This document shows positions 14,700 to 30,390 of a stretch of DNA of 64,000 nt, piece by piece. A program made the translations under genes and the position numbers. How positions within the stretch are numbered: the stretch's first letter is position 1; every line of letters begins with the position of its first letter. The notes under the pieces are model-generated. The model saw nothing but the letters and a program-made list of their open reading frames with translations. It did no database searches and was not told the DNA's origin. Origin of the DNA: the human T2T-CHM13v2.0 reference genome, Homo sapiens; NCBI RefSeq assembly GCF_009914755.1, contig NC_060932.1; one strand, given 5' to 3'.

Positions 14700-15329
14700 G
14701 TAAGAAGCTTAAAAATCATCATTGTAGTGCTTAGGAAGTGTGAGAGTTTGCAAATAAGTCTGTTGTTTGATTCTCTCCTTCTAAAACTTGCTGTCCTGAG
14801 CCACAGTTCAATCTACCAAATAAGGGGGTGAGGATGTGTTAACCATTTGTCTTATTTATTTATGCTCATTTTCTGTCAAATTTTAAGTTCTCCCATTGAA
14901 CTAGAGAATATGGTTCTAAGGAGTTTGGTAAGATGAATGACTTCTTGCTTTCTCTCCATGTGGACTTTTGTCTTCCTTGACCCTAGAATGTGATTTGGTT
15001 TTGAAAACACGGCATTTGAAGTCATCTTCAATGCCACCAACTTTAAGCCATTGAGCATAAGTATTTGATTGAGATTTTCAGAAAAATTCCTAAGAGTGCT
15101 TCTTTTTAGAATGAGGATGGGCTGCAACAAATGAAATGCTGAAGCAGGAACTCCTGTTCCTCTGATATGAAAATCAAATGGAGGCGATACTCTCTAGGCT
15201 GAGTTTAACATAAAAGGAATTGGGCAGCCCTGTCTGGAGGGGGACCCACAGGTAATTGTCTTTTAGATATGAAAATTGCTGACACCCACAGCTGGGTGCC
15301 CCTTACGTATTGCTCCAAGGGCTTTGTGC

Positions 15330-15636
<307 letters not shown>

Positions 15637-16547
15637 GCTTTGTGCTTTTTGTTTAACTAAATCTGAACTGTATTCACAGCACTGTGACACAGCACACATA
15701 ATATTAAGAGTTTGCTTGTGAACTGCTAGATTCCAGCATGCCCACTGATTGTCCTTTTGAAAAATGTCATTTTGTTTTTGAGGAGGTGGGCAAGCTGCAT
15801 AGTGGCCCGTCAGATACATATTTTAAAAAACAGATTGCATCCAAGAGTGACAGTCAACGTGGAGTCTGTCATATATGAAAAGATAGCAGTTCAGTTCAGA
15901 AGAGGGTCTAAGTAGAAAGAACTTAGCTGTTTCTGCTATAGAAAAACCTTTCTTACTGGTTATTTTTCCGAGTGGTGGTCTTTTTGCTTGTGGCTTTGGG
16001 GTCTATCTGGAAGCTTCTTTTCTATCTTGCCTGAGCTAGAGGAATGTTGCCCTGCCATCCCCTCCTAGTCTGAGTTCCCCCGCATTTTAAATCACAACTC
16101 ATCCTCTGGCATTCTCTCTGTCCTGGTCCTCAGGGTCTGAAGCATCAGGAACAGCTCTCTCCTGTTTCAGCTTTCTTGGCACCACTGAGAAAAGCCTCCA
16201 AGTGTAAGCCTTGCGACTTGTGTCTTGCTGTACATGTTGCCCTTTAACCTAGTGGGTGCCATTTTCCAGGGATGTCGGGGGGAGTTTTCATGCACACCTA
16301 GGGAGAGCAGAGCCTGCACCTTGTCATTTGCTGGGGAATCACTGGCACCTGTGGGCGTTTCTGCCTCTCCTCCAGGGCGGACTGTGGAGAAACACTTGAA
16401 CTTGGAGAAGCTTAGACTGTTCGGGTGTCAGCCGGGAAGGCCAAGTCAGTGTGATCATCTGCCTCAGTTTGGAGTTCACAGGGAGACCCTGCAGGCCCCT
16501 GGATTGGTCACAGACAGTCAATAAGCCATTAAAAACAATATTTCTCT

Positions 16548-16840
16548 GGCTGGGCACCATGGTTCATGCCTGTAATTCCAGCACTTTGGGAGCCTGAGGT
16601 GGGTGGATCACTTGAGGTCAGGAATTTGAGACTAGCCTGGCCAATATGGCGAATCTACTACAAATACAAAAATTAGCTAGGCATGGTGGCATGCTCCTGG
16701 AGTCCCAGCTACTTGGGAGGCTGAGGCAGGAGAATCTTTGAACCTGGGAGGCGGAGGTTGCAGGGAGCTGAGATTGCACCACTGCACTCTATCCTGAGCA
16801 ATAGAGTGAGACTCCGTCTCAAAAAAAAACAAACAAACAA
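16548..16840 (+). mobile_element. AluS
   Basis: Dimer with A/CAAA tail. Confidence 0.9.
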
Positions 16841-19800
16841 ATTCTCGAGTGAATGGTCAGTGTCATCTATCATTGGAGAGGGAAATGCCCCCAGCCAGGA
16901 GTTAGGAGTCTGGAGTGCTGGCCCCCTTCTGACACTGACTTGCCGTGTGACCTTGAGTCACTACCCTACTCTGTGTTCTAGCTGTGTGTCTCCAGTGAGG
17001 GATTTGTGCTACATGACCCTGGAAGTCCTTTCCAGCCCCCTACATTTGGCCATTCACTGAAACTCATTCACTGAAACTCAGAGAGATTTTGCCTCTCATC
17101 AAGTACATGTTGCTCAGCAGATACAGAAAGTCCCTGTTTTCTCTCACACTTGCTGGAAAGAATCCCTCAGCCCACCATCTCCTGTCCTGCATTCCTGGGT
17201 CTGCCTCTTCCCTCCACACGCTCGCCCCGTGCTTAGGCCCCCACTCTTGTTCTTGTTTTTGACTCTTTCCTGCCTTCCCTTCCCCACCACAGGAGCATCA
17301 CCTTCTTGCCACCACCCCGAATTTCTCTTTCGTCTTCCCCCTCAGAGGCTGTGGCCTTTTTTCCATTCATCCAGATGGGTTCCTTCTGTTTAGGGACGAG
17401 GGACATCCCCCTCTGAGTGCAGCACCTGGCCCAGGGAGCTCAGAAGAGTCAGCAGATGGCCTTATGGGCAGGTGGTCCGGAAAGGGGAGTGAGGAGTCTG
17501 ACCGCCTGCTCTGCTTCCTTGGCCAGAATGCTATGGCATTTGCACGGAGGCTGTGTGATGCGATCTGGCTATAGAGTGGGGCATCCAATGAGCGAACCTC
17601 AAGGAATAAAAGTCATCAGAGGGGGCAGTGTATGGTTAGCATTGTGACCCCCAAATGCCATTGCTTTTATAGCCTGAGAAAAGTACTAACTACTTTTGCA
17701 AATAACCACCTATGTTTACTGACCTCTGTAGAATTTCTACTAGCCTGCCTTTCCCCGGGGGAGGGAATGGTAATAATACAGGTGAGGAACTGAGGAATTT
17801 TTATCCTTTTTCTGTTTGCTGACCAGACGTTCTGCATTGCTTTAAGTGAGTGAGTGGCTGGGATTTGCTTCACAGAGAAGGAGGCCTTGCAAAGAGAAAT
17901 AGCTTAATGCCACTTCATTGGCACCTAAGACCTGCTACTTTCTTTGACTTAATATATTGAGTCCAGAAAGAAATGCCTGGGGCACTTTGAAAACTTCACA
18001 GGCCCACTGCTGCTTGCTGAAATAAAAAATTGAAGTGAATTGGTACAAAAATCCCCCTCTTCCTCCCAACTCCCCGTCGCCCCGCCCCTGGGCACTCCAC
18101 CCTCCTGGCTTTCTGGCCTTCTCCAGACCATGTCACCATGTCACCTGCCCTCACGGGTAAATCCTCGCCTGCCTCCCTGCTGGCTCTGCGTTTCCCAGGT
18201 CACAGGCCCTGGAGACTCCTTTCTGTCTGAAATGGCGCCGCATGTAGAGGAAAACACAGCCAAATATTCTCGGTTTAAAAAAGGAGATGGCATGTCAGCA
18301 GCAGAAGATAATATTATTGCCATTAAACAGAGCCTGCTATTGAGAATCACACAATGAGATCTTTATGAGGCGGACTCAGTGTGGAGCAGGGGGAACGCCC
18401 TTTGCCCTTTCCACCCAGTGGTGGGTGGGCAGAGACTGCAGACATACCCTGCAGGCGGCATCCAGACCGGCTGAGGGGTTGCGGGGGCGGCCGCATTGCT
18501 GCTTGGGGAAAACCCTACGGACTTCCCAGGGCCTTCATGGTCATTTGAGTTCAGGATCTCAGAGTTTCTAGGAAGCAGCTGGGAACAGTTACCTCTATTT
18601 TATAGAGGGGAAGACTGAGGCCGGAAGGACAGACACGACTTGCCAACACTTACCCTGTGCGTCGGTGCAGGTGGCCAGGTGTGGAACATACACCTGTAGC
18701 TCTGGCCTCACCGCTTGCCCTGGGGCCACCTTTGCTCTCAGCCTCAGTGGCCTCATCTGCAAAATGGGGCAAGTTTTGACAAAGGTGGACTGTGGTGGCA
18801 TCACAACAGCATCTGCCCAGTAGTGAGCACTCCCATGTGGTAGCTATTGTCATTCCATCCTTGCTGGGTACTGACACCCTCCCATCTCTTGTACACTGAG
18901 CTCTACTCTCCCCCGCATGGCCGGAGAAACAGGCTGAGCTGCCGTAGGGCTTGACCTGAGTATTCACTGAGAGCAGGCGCTGTCTAGGCGTGGCTGGCGG
19001 ACTGTGTGCTTTGTGTGTTGCTTCTGGGGGCGGCATCTTGAAACATTACACTTCCTGGGTCCCACCTTACCTGGTTAAAGTAGCAAATCTGCTGGTGGGG
19101 TCTGTGACTCTGTATTCGAATCTGGTGCTTGGGGAGCTTTTTGAAAGCATGACTTTCAGGGGTGCATGCCGGATCTGCACACTCTGGATCTCCAGGGCTT
19201 GGGAACCACTGCTCTGAATGTCATTTCTGCTCACCTGAACTCCAGGCTCTCTCTAGAGGAGGTGCACCCTCAGGCACAACATACCCAGCAGGCTTCCTGG
19301 TCCCTGGGTAGCACCGCACAGCAGAGATGGGGACTGGACTCTAGCAGGGAGGAGGAGGGGAGGTGCTGCTGCCGCAGGGCTGGAAGGGGCCCTCCCTCCT
19401 GAGTACCAGCCTTGTCACTTCTCCCCTGGCTGTGGCTCCCTGGATGTGCATCAGGCACCTCCATCCAACTGTCCCCAGTTGGACTCCCTGTCTGCTCCTT
19501 GCTGCTTTTCCGGTGCCCAGTCCTGGAGAGGGCTCGCTGGAGGTTGTGCTGGCGGTATCTGCAGAGTCATCCTAGCATCTTCATGTCCTCGTGCTGCCTT
19601 GAGTTGCTTTCATCTCTGTGTTACCTCTTGCACTCATTCCCTTACCCACACAGATTTGACTTTTGTCACCTCTTCCTGGATTTTGGCCCTGTCCTCTGAG
19701 GAGTCTTACTGTCTGTCCCCCACCTCCTGCCTCTCGCCAGGCTGTTTTTCTGGTGCAGCTTTCATTGTGCCGCCTTCTTCCTCTGAAGCCTTCAGTGACT

Positions 19801-21122
19801 CCCTCTTGCTCAGAGAATCAGCCCAAGTGTCAGAACCCTCCACGACGCGGCCTATTCCTGCTGCCCCAGCCCAGACTTGCATTGTCATCTCAGCCAGGGA
19901 TGCCCTCCCTTTCTTTCCCTGCTTCTAGAAGCTTCATCACCCTTGGTGGCCCAGCCTGGGTGCTTCCCATTCACTGATCTCCTGTGATCTGTGGCTGCTG
20001 TGTGGCCTCTTCGCAAACGTTGGGCTTTTATCCCACAGCCCAGGTGGCATTCAGCCTTGCGTGTGGTTCAATCAAGGCCCCTCTGTCTCTTACATTTTCC
20101 TATTTCCTGCCGCCTGGGCAGCCTCACTCCTCAGAGGCACTCTGTTAATGCCCATGGGTGAATGAATGAGTGAGTGAATGAATGAATGACTGAATACACT
20201 GACGATACTTGATATCCTGCTTCCTCTGAGTGATGCCAAGAGACTTAGTGTCACAAGGAGGGAGGAGGGTTTAGGTATCCGACGTGGACTGTGTTCACCC
20301 TGATGGAAGCTGTCGCTTGCTCAGCAGTGGCTCCCTCTGCAGCCCCAGCTCCCTGAGTCCCTGTGGTCAGATCTGGTCATGGTGGGGGAGGGTGGCAGAA
20401 AGAGGAAGCCGAGAGCCCAGGCATGGCCTGTGGTTGTGGATGGGACAGCTCCCTCTGTCTGGGCTGTTCTTCAGAAGAGGGTGGGAACAGCAGCTCTCTC
20501 ATTGGTCCTCTTGCGAGAAAGCCTGCTCTCCAAGTACAGAGGGTCACAACATGGAGAAATCACATGGTCCCAGCACCACAGTGGACCCAGCAGTCATTCC
20601 CCCAGTGCCTTGGGCTTGTCCCGGCTCTTCCTACTGAGCCTCCCCATGGAGGCAGGAGGGCTGGGAGGAAGGTGAGGTGGCTTCCTGAAGGGACGTGGCT
20701 CCTGAATGTCACTGCGGTACATCCACGGCTTGTCATTTGTTCATCCATGTGGCATGTGGGTTGCTCCCTCCTTATGGCGAGTACACACGTGTGAACGCAT
20801 GCACACACTGTAATATGGATGTGTCTGTAATTGATACTTTGATTATTCCCTTTGCAGCACTCATTTGACTCGGGTTAGAAAGTGTTTACAAAAACGCCCG
20901 ACCACATCAGACCCAAGTTTCAAAGTCCAGGACCAAAGTTGTTGCCACAAAATCTGCCTGTGGCCTGGCGATTAGAAAGCCACGTTATCCAATGGGCCAT
21001 TGGTGTGGGCTGGTTCTCTGTGCTCCTCCCCTTGTCCCCTCAGTCTCCACATGGTTGAGGTCACACATTTCTCCTAAGGACACGGGTGCCCTCTGCAAGC
21101 AGATGCCGGGAGCCTGGGTCCA

Positions 21123-21423
21123 CTCAGGTGTCACTGCGTGAATCTCGGCCTTGAACGGCTGGACTGGAAGAATCCATCCACCCTCAGGTGTCACTGCGTG
21201 AATCTCGGCCTTGAACGGCTGGACTGGAAGAATCCATCCACCCTCAGGTGTCACTGCGTGAATCTCGGCCTTGAACGGCTGGACTGGAAGAATCCATCCA
21301 CCCTCAGGTGTCACTGCGTGAATCTCGGCCTTGAACGGCTGGACTGGAAGAATCCATCCACCCTCAGGTGTCACTGCGTGAATCTCGGCCTTGAACGGCT
21401 GGACTGGAAGAATCCATCCACCC
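21123..21423. repeat. Minisatellite, 60-bp unit x5, perfect
   Basis: Unit CTCAGGTGTCACTGCGTGAATCTCGGCCTTGAACGGCTGGACTGGAAGAATCCATCCACC repeated five times without mismatch. Confidence 0.97.
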
Positions 21424-22877
21424 CCTTGGCATAGTTTGGGCCGATCTAATGCCTGGCACTGAGCAGAGCGGAGGGATCTCCTAATGCCTGGTGCGGTACA
21501 GGGGAAGGATGGCGGAGCATCCTCAGAGACAGCACAGCTCTTCCCAAAGGTCCAGCACGCACACTTTACCGAATGCTTTTCTTGTGAAGGGAGTCATTGG
21601 GTTGGGCTAGCCAGGTAGGCTGGGTAGGCCTGTGGGGGTTAGGAACTTCTAGGCCCTTCCAGAAGCAAGGGCATCCCCAAGTGGGTGTCTAGACTCTGTT
21701 TCGTGGACATTGTGGCAGTTATCATACTGTCCCAGGGTTTCTTGCCCCCACCTGGCCCTGGGAGCTGGCAGTTACAGTGCTGGAAATGAGCCTGACTCAC
21801 TGGGGTGGTGATCTTCCACCCCTTCAGGTGCCCTCATCCCAGTTCCTACTCTGCCTATGGGTGTTTTACATGGAGAGTCACAGCACTGGGGGTTTCCCAG
21901 AGCCTAGACTCTGACTTGCCCTAAAGCTGGGTCACACAGACTATTGGGAACTTCCTGTCGATCCTGCTGGCCTGATTGACAGCTGGAACCGGGAGTGGAG
22001 GTGGGGCCCATGGGAATGCTAGGCTCCAGCAAGTTCTGCCTGACCTTTGGATGTGAGGGTCAGGCATTCAGTGGTCGGGTCTCAGGGTTCCTTATTGCTA
22101 GATGAAAGCTTCCACGACACACATGTGTCTAAGTGTGCCCTTGTCCTATGTCCTGGCTGAGTGAGTTGGGCAGAGACTTCTGAGGACAGCGATCGTGGCC
22201 TCTCCATTTTCCTAAGGCCCCTGCATGCCTGGAGCTGGCTGTGGGGGCAGCCAGAGAAGCTGCCCAATGAGTCTGATGGGAGCCAGACCCGTTACTCCTT
22301 CTACTCATGATAGCTTTAGCATTGTTGTCCCGGGGCAACCCTTTCTCATGTGAAACCTTGCGTGGAACCCCCTCCACCTGAGATATGAGACTGATGAATG
22401 CAGAACTGCTCTGGTTGGAATGGTGGGTGGCAGGTGGGCTGTGGGGGAGTCCAGATCCTCTCCGCTTTCTCTTTGTCATCCCCCCATGGCAGCCCCTCTG
22501 CCTCTGGAGAATCCCAGAGCTTGGGGAAGCACAGGATGGAAACCAACCCATCCTGGCACTGCCTCCCCCTCTGCCCACCTCCCCTGCAAAGCTTGCAATG
22601 CGATTGGTCCTGGTGTAGCCTCCGTGTTGAGTTGTAGGGGAAAGGGTGTTTAGTAAGCAGGCATATACCCACGGAGTCGCTTAAGAAAACACCTAACCAC
22701 ACTGTAAGTTTTTAGTAGTTTCGTTTAATATCCCTCTCTCTGTTCAAGACAGGAACCAGGGTAGAGCACCTGTTTCATTTTCCCTGCCTAGGTTTGGGTT
22801 GGTTTTCTTAGCTTTTTATGACAGCCCATAATAGGTGAGCATTCTGCCCTTTTTAAAAAAATTAATGGTGCAGAGAG

Positions 22878-23492
<615 letters not shown>

Positions 23493-23948
23493 GGTACATT
23501 AGTTTTAAAGGGAAGATTGACTGTGGGTGGCCAAGGGATTTGTGTTTTCTGACTTAACCATCCATGGCTCTGACCCCAAGTCACCCATTAAGGGCTGTTT
23601 CTCCCTTTTTTTTTCCTCTTCCTCCCCAAGCTGACCTTTCTCTCTTCTTAAGAAGTGATTACTGATTTCTTTAGGTTTTGAGGGTTCTGTCTTTGACTCT
23701 CCGTGATTGTTGGGTGAAGCCATTTGCTTAAATTCCTTGCTTTTAGAGCGTCTTAACTGCCATGGTAATGATAAAGGGGAGTGACAGTGAGTAGAAATTA
23801 GAGTTCTTTCTGGTTAACCCATTTGGGAGGTAGCTTTCTTTGAATATGACTAAGTGTTCCCCCTAATGACAGAGAGGATGTTGCTGGGGGTTGGGTCGCG
23901 GTGGCTGAGGCTGCTGTCCAGTTAAGAGAATTTTGCAATGAACTAGGG

Positions 23949-24100
23949 CAGTGGTTTAAAAACCTTGACTGCACATTAGAATCCCCTGGGGAGTTGTAAC
24001 AAAATGCAGAGACCAGACCTTCTGACTTAATTGTTCTAGGTGGGCCTGGCATTGGTCGTTTTGAAAGCCTCAAGGTGATAGCTGGGATTAAGAATCATGG
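23949..24100. mobile_element. MER5-family hAT DNA transposon remnant
   Basis: CAGTGGTTT...CCTTGACTGCACATTAGAATC...GGAG signature, recognised from memory. Confidence 0.65.
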
Positions 24101-25004
24101 ATCCCAGTGCTTGTTCTGATAGTTGGACTTCTGTTGAAACCGAATGAATGTCTGCCAAGATTTTCCGAAACCCAGAGCTGCCCTCTGCTCCCTGCTTTGT
24201 CCTGTCCTCTTCACGAAGGGAGTGGGATCACACTGTTGCTATCTGGCCAGGGTGGAGTCTACAGCCAGATGCTCCCCAGAAGCTTAACCATGGAGGGGCT
24301 GAGCTAATTGTCACCAGAAAGAGCCTCCTCCTTCAGTTGCTGTCCTTGGTGTTCGGGAAGGTTTTACTTGGCTAATTCCCTAAAAGGGCACTGGTTAGGA
24401 CTTGGAGTAAGTGGTGATGAGCAAGAGCAGGGCTGGCTGGTGGGACAGGGTGGGTGCCGGGGGCAGAGGGGAACTGGAATGTGGACTGCTGTCCCCAGCC
24501 TGTGGCCACCTGCTGTGCTGGTTTCCCTGAGAAAACCCTACTGTCTTTAGGTTGAATCTGTAGTGTTTATGACCTAATCACTCTCTAATGATAGGTCAGG
24601 ACTGGAATCTTTCCTTGTGGGGAGCCTGTGAGACAAAAATCAAAAGGGCCTGATAATAACATAGAATCATGGACTCTTAAGGCAGCCATTCACCTCCTTC
24701 CCAGCCCCGCTCCCACAGCTGGGCACGGTTTATTGGACCAGGCTTCAGAGGATGGGATTGTAAGTAACTCAACAGGACAGGATGGGAGCGCTCCAAGAAT
24801 CAGATCTAAGTTTAACTTCCCTTTCTAGTGCTTTCTGTCTGAGCGTGATCATCCTAATGTGTTTCTAGATGGCTATTTCCACATGTGTAAAGTGGAGACA
24901 ATCAATTCTTATGTCTTACGACTATGGAAAAAGTGAGTTTTTTTGTGCCATACTATTTGAAAGTAATCATTGTGACACCTTTGGAACAAGTGTGAAAAGA
25001 TCTC

Positions 25005-25440
25005 CCTCTCTCTCTCTCTCACACCTGTCTGTATCCATCTTTATCTTTTTATCATCTATCTCTATCTATCTATTAATATATATTTATCTATCTAGCATGA
25101 CCTGGGATAGGTGAATTCTATAGCCAGGTGGCCTCCAGAAGCTTACGAAATGATCGTCTACCAAATCTACCATCTATCTATTTCCCTACCTACCTATCAT
25201 TTATCTAATCTATCTATATATTGATATATATCTATCTGGTCTATATCTATCTTGATATGACATCTGTCTGTACCTATGGTCTATCATCTCTATTTAATCC
25301 ATCGTCTCTATATCTATTGATTATCACTTATCTGTTTTACTTATCCTAATCTATCATTAATCTATCATCTTTCTAATCTATCTGTATATATCTATTGTTT
25401 ATCTAATCTATCAATTGACCATTCATCTGTTCATCTTTCA
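25005..25440. repeat. Degenerate (TCTA/TATC)n simple-repeat tract
   Basis: Recurrent ATCT units over about 430 bp. Confidence 0.85.
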
Positions 25441-25551
25441 TATACCAAAGATGCAGTTGCATGCCACCTGATTCCAGATGGGTTATCTCACTTCACTGTC
25501 ACTTAGTGAGATCAGGAAGAAGTCTCAAGGATTGTTTCAACTTCAAGCCTA

Positions 25552-26136
<585 letters not shown>

Positions 26137-28134
26137 TCAATAACTCTTGCTATCTTTGAATTTTCAGCCTTTTTTGGCATTCAAATGAGGCCAACTTTAT
26201 AAGTGGCCATTGCTGTGCTGTTGAATTCAAGCCCCTCCGTTTTTCATGGTGGATTCCTTGCATTGTCTGCTAGGGGGGTTGCATTCCTCGCTGAACCAGA
26301 CCTCCGCCCTCTTCCCCGCTGCCTTGCAGTTTGCTGAGCTTCCAGGCAGGGCTGCAGGGTCGTGCTGCTGGAAGTATTGGTGACAAATTCTTCCCCAGTG
26401 GGTGTTTCGGCTAAGGAAGCATTTAGTCATGTAGGGCCTACCATGCCCAGCAGTGCAGCGTGGGAGAGGCCTGGCAGAGGGCAGAGCTCTCTTCTCTCCA
26501 GCCGGGTGTGGCTGGTGGCTCCTTCCTCTTTTGTAGTGTCAAACCAAGGGATAGTATGGACCCAGCAGAACTGAAAGCAAAGGGAGGACCCATTATTAGC
26601 CAGTTCTGGCAGAGGCGAGCAGCTTCTTTGTGTGGACAGGCATATCTCATGCCTTTTTGCTTCAGCTGGGAGTTTGTTTTTTTTTTAATTACTGTTATTT
26701 ATTTATTTAGTACCTTAGCTCATTAGCTGCAGAAATCACAGGGGATGAAAAAGCAGGTAGGATGGGTCCATCCTTAAAGCAAGGAGAGAGTTGAATGAGG
26801 AAACTGTCCCTGAGGCCTTGACAGATATTTTGGAGCTAACTCTGAGCCCAGTGAGGGAGGACCTAATCTTTTGGAGGAAGTGCAACTTTAGCTTCAGAGT
26901 TTTAAATGGAAACTGGGCAGAAAGCCACAGCTTGGGCACAGCATTGGTGGCGTGTTGTTGTGTCACTTTGCACAGTTAGATGGGGCTTCAGCCCTCTTTG
27001 TAGGATGAACGTTTAGGTTCTTGTCCAAACGAATACACTTCTATATCCTACTAAAAATGATTGCAGGACAGCAGTGCAAACCAGGGCTGTCCTAGGCAAA
27101 CCCAGGCATCTGTCACTCTAAAGGACACAAGGACACGTGTTGAGTCCTCTTGTCCTCCAGTGAGCTCGGGAAGGGGATGACCCTAGCAGTTGCTCTCTGG
27201 ACCTCTCCACAGACCTGCCGGGAGTCATGGGTAGGAGTTGTGTGATTCTGTCCTTTTCACAAGAGATGGTTAGAAGAAAGTGAGGAGTTTGGAGGGAGCA
27301 GATAATTGATATCATTTATCGGGAATCTGTGGGACGCAAGCCCTGCATACACCATTTCTAATCCTTCCATCAACCCCGAAGATAGATAGGCTTATCCTCC
27401 TGTTATAAATGAAGTAATGAGCAGTCCAGAGAAGTGAAATGACTTGCCTGAAGCCACAGAGCCTGCAAGTGCGAGGGCTGGGATTCCAATCCAAGCTCTG
27501 GGCCAATGGCCCTTGCATATCCTAGAATGCGAGAGGAACGTTTGTTTTGTAGCAGTTAGACAGCCTGCTCATGAAAGCTGCTTTGTGCCCAGCCTTGTGA
27601 CAGGTGCTTTACAACAATCCCAGACACAGCACCCACCTTGAGTTTGCCCTCAGGTACAGGGCTCCTATCCATCCTGGAAGAACAGAAAGATTTTGGTGTT
27701 CAAGTTTTATCCTGCCCTTCCATCCACCTGTTATTTAAAAGTACTTTTTCTGTAATATATAGGCAGAAAATGATCAGATATCATACGTCTCCTACTAAGT
27801 GGGAGGCTGCACCCAGCATGGAAGATGCTCACCAAGACGGTGGTATATTGGGTGTCTCTTCTCTCCTACAGAAGCCCTGGGTTGATGCCCTAGATCTCCC
27901 CTTGCATCCCAGAGGGGGATTTGGAGAGCAATCAAGAGGAGTAACTGATGCCATGCATTCATCAACTGAACTTAATCCTTCTTCTGGGAGGCCCGGGAGC
28001 CTTCTTCCATGCGGGGCCAGATTGAGCTGATTTCTGTCACGTAGGCTGCTCCGAGGTTGCCTTGCCCTTGCCTGGCACTCATCTTTTGCATTTCTCTGAA
28101 TCGCTTTGGCGTGGGCTTTTATGAGGTTCATTAG

Positions 28135-28489
<355 letters not shown>

Positions 28490-30390
28490 TCTTTTTTTTT
28501 TTTTTTTTTTTGAGGGGCAGAGACAAGGAGGAAGATCAGACAATTTCTCAGAGTTGGAATTGTGTTCTGGGTATTGTTTTTCTCCTTTATGGAGATAATC
28601 CAGGGAGAAACATGAAGTGTAGTGGAAAGAATTTGAGGCCCAACCTTCTTGATGATGCATCTTCATGGAGCTGGGAGACCTTCGTGCCAGGGTCGACTCT
28701 GCTGCTTATTAGCTCAGGCTCGGTGCCCCACGGCTTGGTCCTGGTTTTCTGAATCGTCAGATGCATCTGGATCAGCATGTCTTGCATAATAGGGTTGCTT
28801 TGAGGATCCAGGGAGGTGGTGGCTATGGCAGGGCTTGGACAAATTACATGTATGGGGGAGTAGCCCCTTCACCCCAGTTTTGCTCCTGACCGTTGAAGCT
28901 TTTTATATTGACCCGTGGCTACTGTGGTATTCGAAGGGCTAAATTTGTTTTGTGACTTTTGCCTTCAGCAGCCATCGCATTACATCATCTACCTTTTCTT
29001 GTGTTCTTCTGTCGTCGAGAATCAATTAAAATGGTCAGCATTGCTATGAAATGGTTTATTTTTTTGTGGATGTTTTAGAGCTCCTCCTCTCCATCTCCTG
29101 AATTTCTTTTCTTGCTAAGCCTATTCAGCTCTGTTTTTTAGAGAGTTCTTTTCCCTCCTGCTCTATGAAAACGTATTTTCCATGTTAAAAAAGGAAGATC
29201 CATGTTGCTGTACTTAATGCTTCATGTTTTAGAATGTTAGTGCCAGCAGAAAGCACCAGGAGACACCCGATGTGCCCCCACCTTGGTGAGCACCTTTCCC
29301 CCCAGGCACAGTCCCTGCTTACGGGAGATTTGAGGCATTTGATCATTTTTTCCCGTTAGCTTACAGCACAAAGTACTTTGAAATAAAGATTGGCTCGCAG
29401 GGCAGGTTGAAGCTTCAACACCAAAATCTCTCTGTTCCTTGTGGGTGGATGGGAGCCTGACACCTGATTACAAGCTCCAGGTGAAGAGCAGGTTTGAGAC
29501 TTACACCTTGTTTATTGCAATCTTTCTTTCATTTTGCAGGCGGTGGGGGTGGGGGAATGAAAGCCCAGAAAGGGATGTGGCACTCGGGCAGGACGGGGGC
29601 TGCTTCTGTGCCTTTTCCCCACTGTGCGTATTCTTAGCTGCGCAAGTGTCGTGCATGTGCGTTTGGCTCACACCCAGCGGGAGTGCCCTTCTTGTGAAGG
29701 AAGCTCGTTCTCTACCGAAAAGCTCACTTTTCAGAGAAGAGCTGGAGAAGGCCTGTTGTCCATCTTAGTCCTGAAATATGAGTTTTCATTCCATGGCAAG
29801 TCCTTTTAATGAAAGATGGACTGGAGAAGCTGATGCATAGAAAAGAAATAGGTTCTTTTATGTAGAGGGGGAAAGTGTCCACTCTGCGGTATTTCCTGGG
29901 TCCTGTGGCTTGTAGGCATTTGAACTGTTTTGTCTTGGTTCTGAGAGAGTCAGATGATTCAGAAGCTGTGTTCTGCTGAACATTCCTGCCTTCTTGACAG
30001 AAATCCCCTATTTTTGTGGTCCCCCTGGCAGGTAAAGGTGGCCCCTACTGACTTGTAGGATTTCTGTCCATGATTGTGTCTGAAATGTCATTTTTTCTGG
30101 TTGTTTTCCCTCTTCATGTATTAGCTTGGCTCTTTCTTCTCCTCTTTGTCTTTAAGGTAATTTGCAAAGGTCACACTATTCTTGCTTCTTCTTAGAAATG
30201 TCATAAGGGATTTTCAAAGAAAGAAAATTTCTGAGTAAGAGTATCTCCCTCCCCTCCCCTCCCCTCCCTCCACTCCTCTCCCCTCTTTTCCCCTTCCCAC
30301 TTCCTCCTTTCCTTTCTTTCTCTCGCTCTCTCTCTTTCTCATTTATGTTAGCTTACATGAGTATACTGACTCTAAAAATTTTTGATTCTA

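Noticed and set aside
14441-14734. Stand-alone 97-aa gene, and likewise ORFs 54766..55047 and 57107..57499
   Set aside because: These are DPYSL2 exons with intronic read-through. Only the splice-bounded parts match CRMP2.
17051-17080. 14-bp tandem duplication CATTCACTGAAACT (similar short duplication at 34324-34358)
   Set aside because: Simple slippage duplications with no sign of function.
21123-21423. CRISPR-like array or repeat protein (ORFs 20985..21374 and 21138..21434)
   Set aside because: The units are contiguous and identical with no unique spacers. The ORFs persist only because the 60-nt unit is a multiple of 3 with stop-free frames, and there is no exon support.
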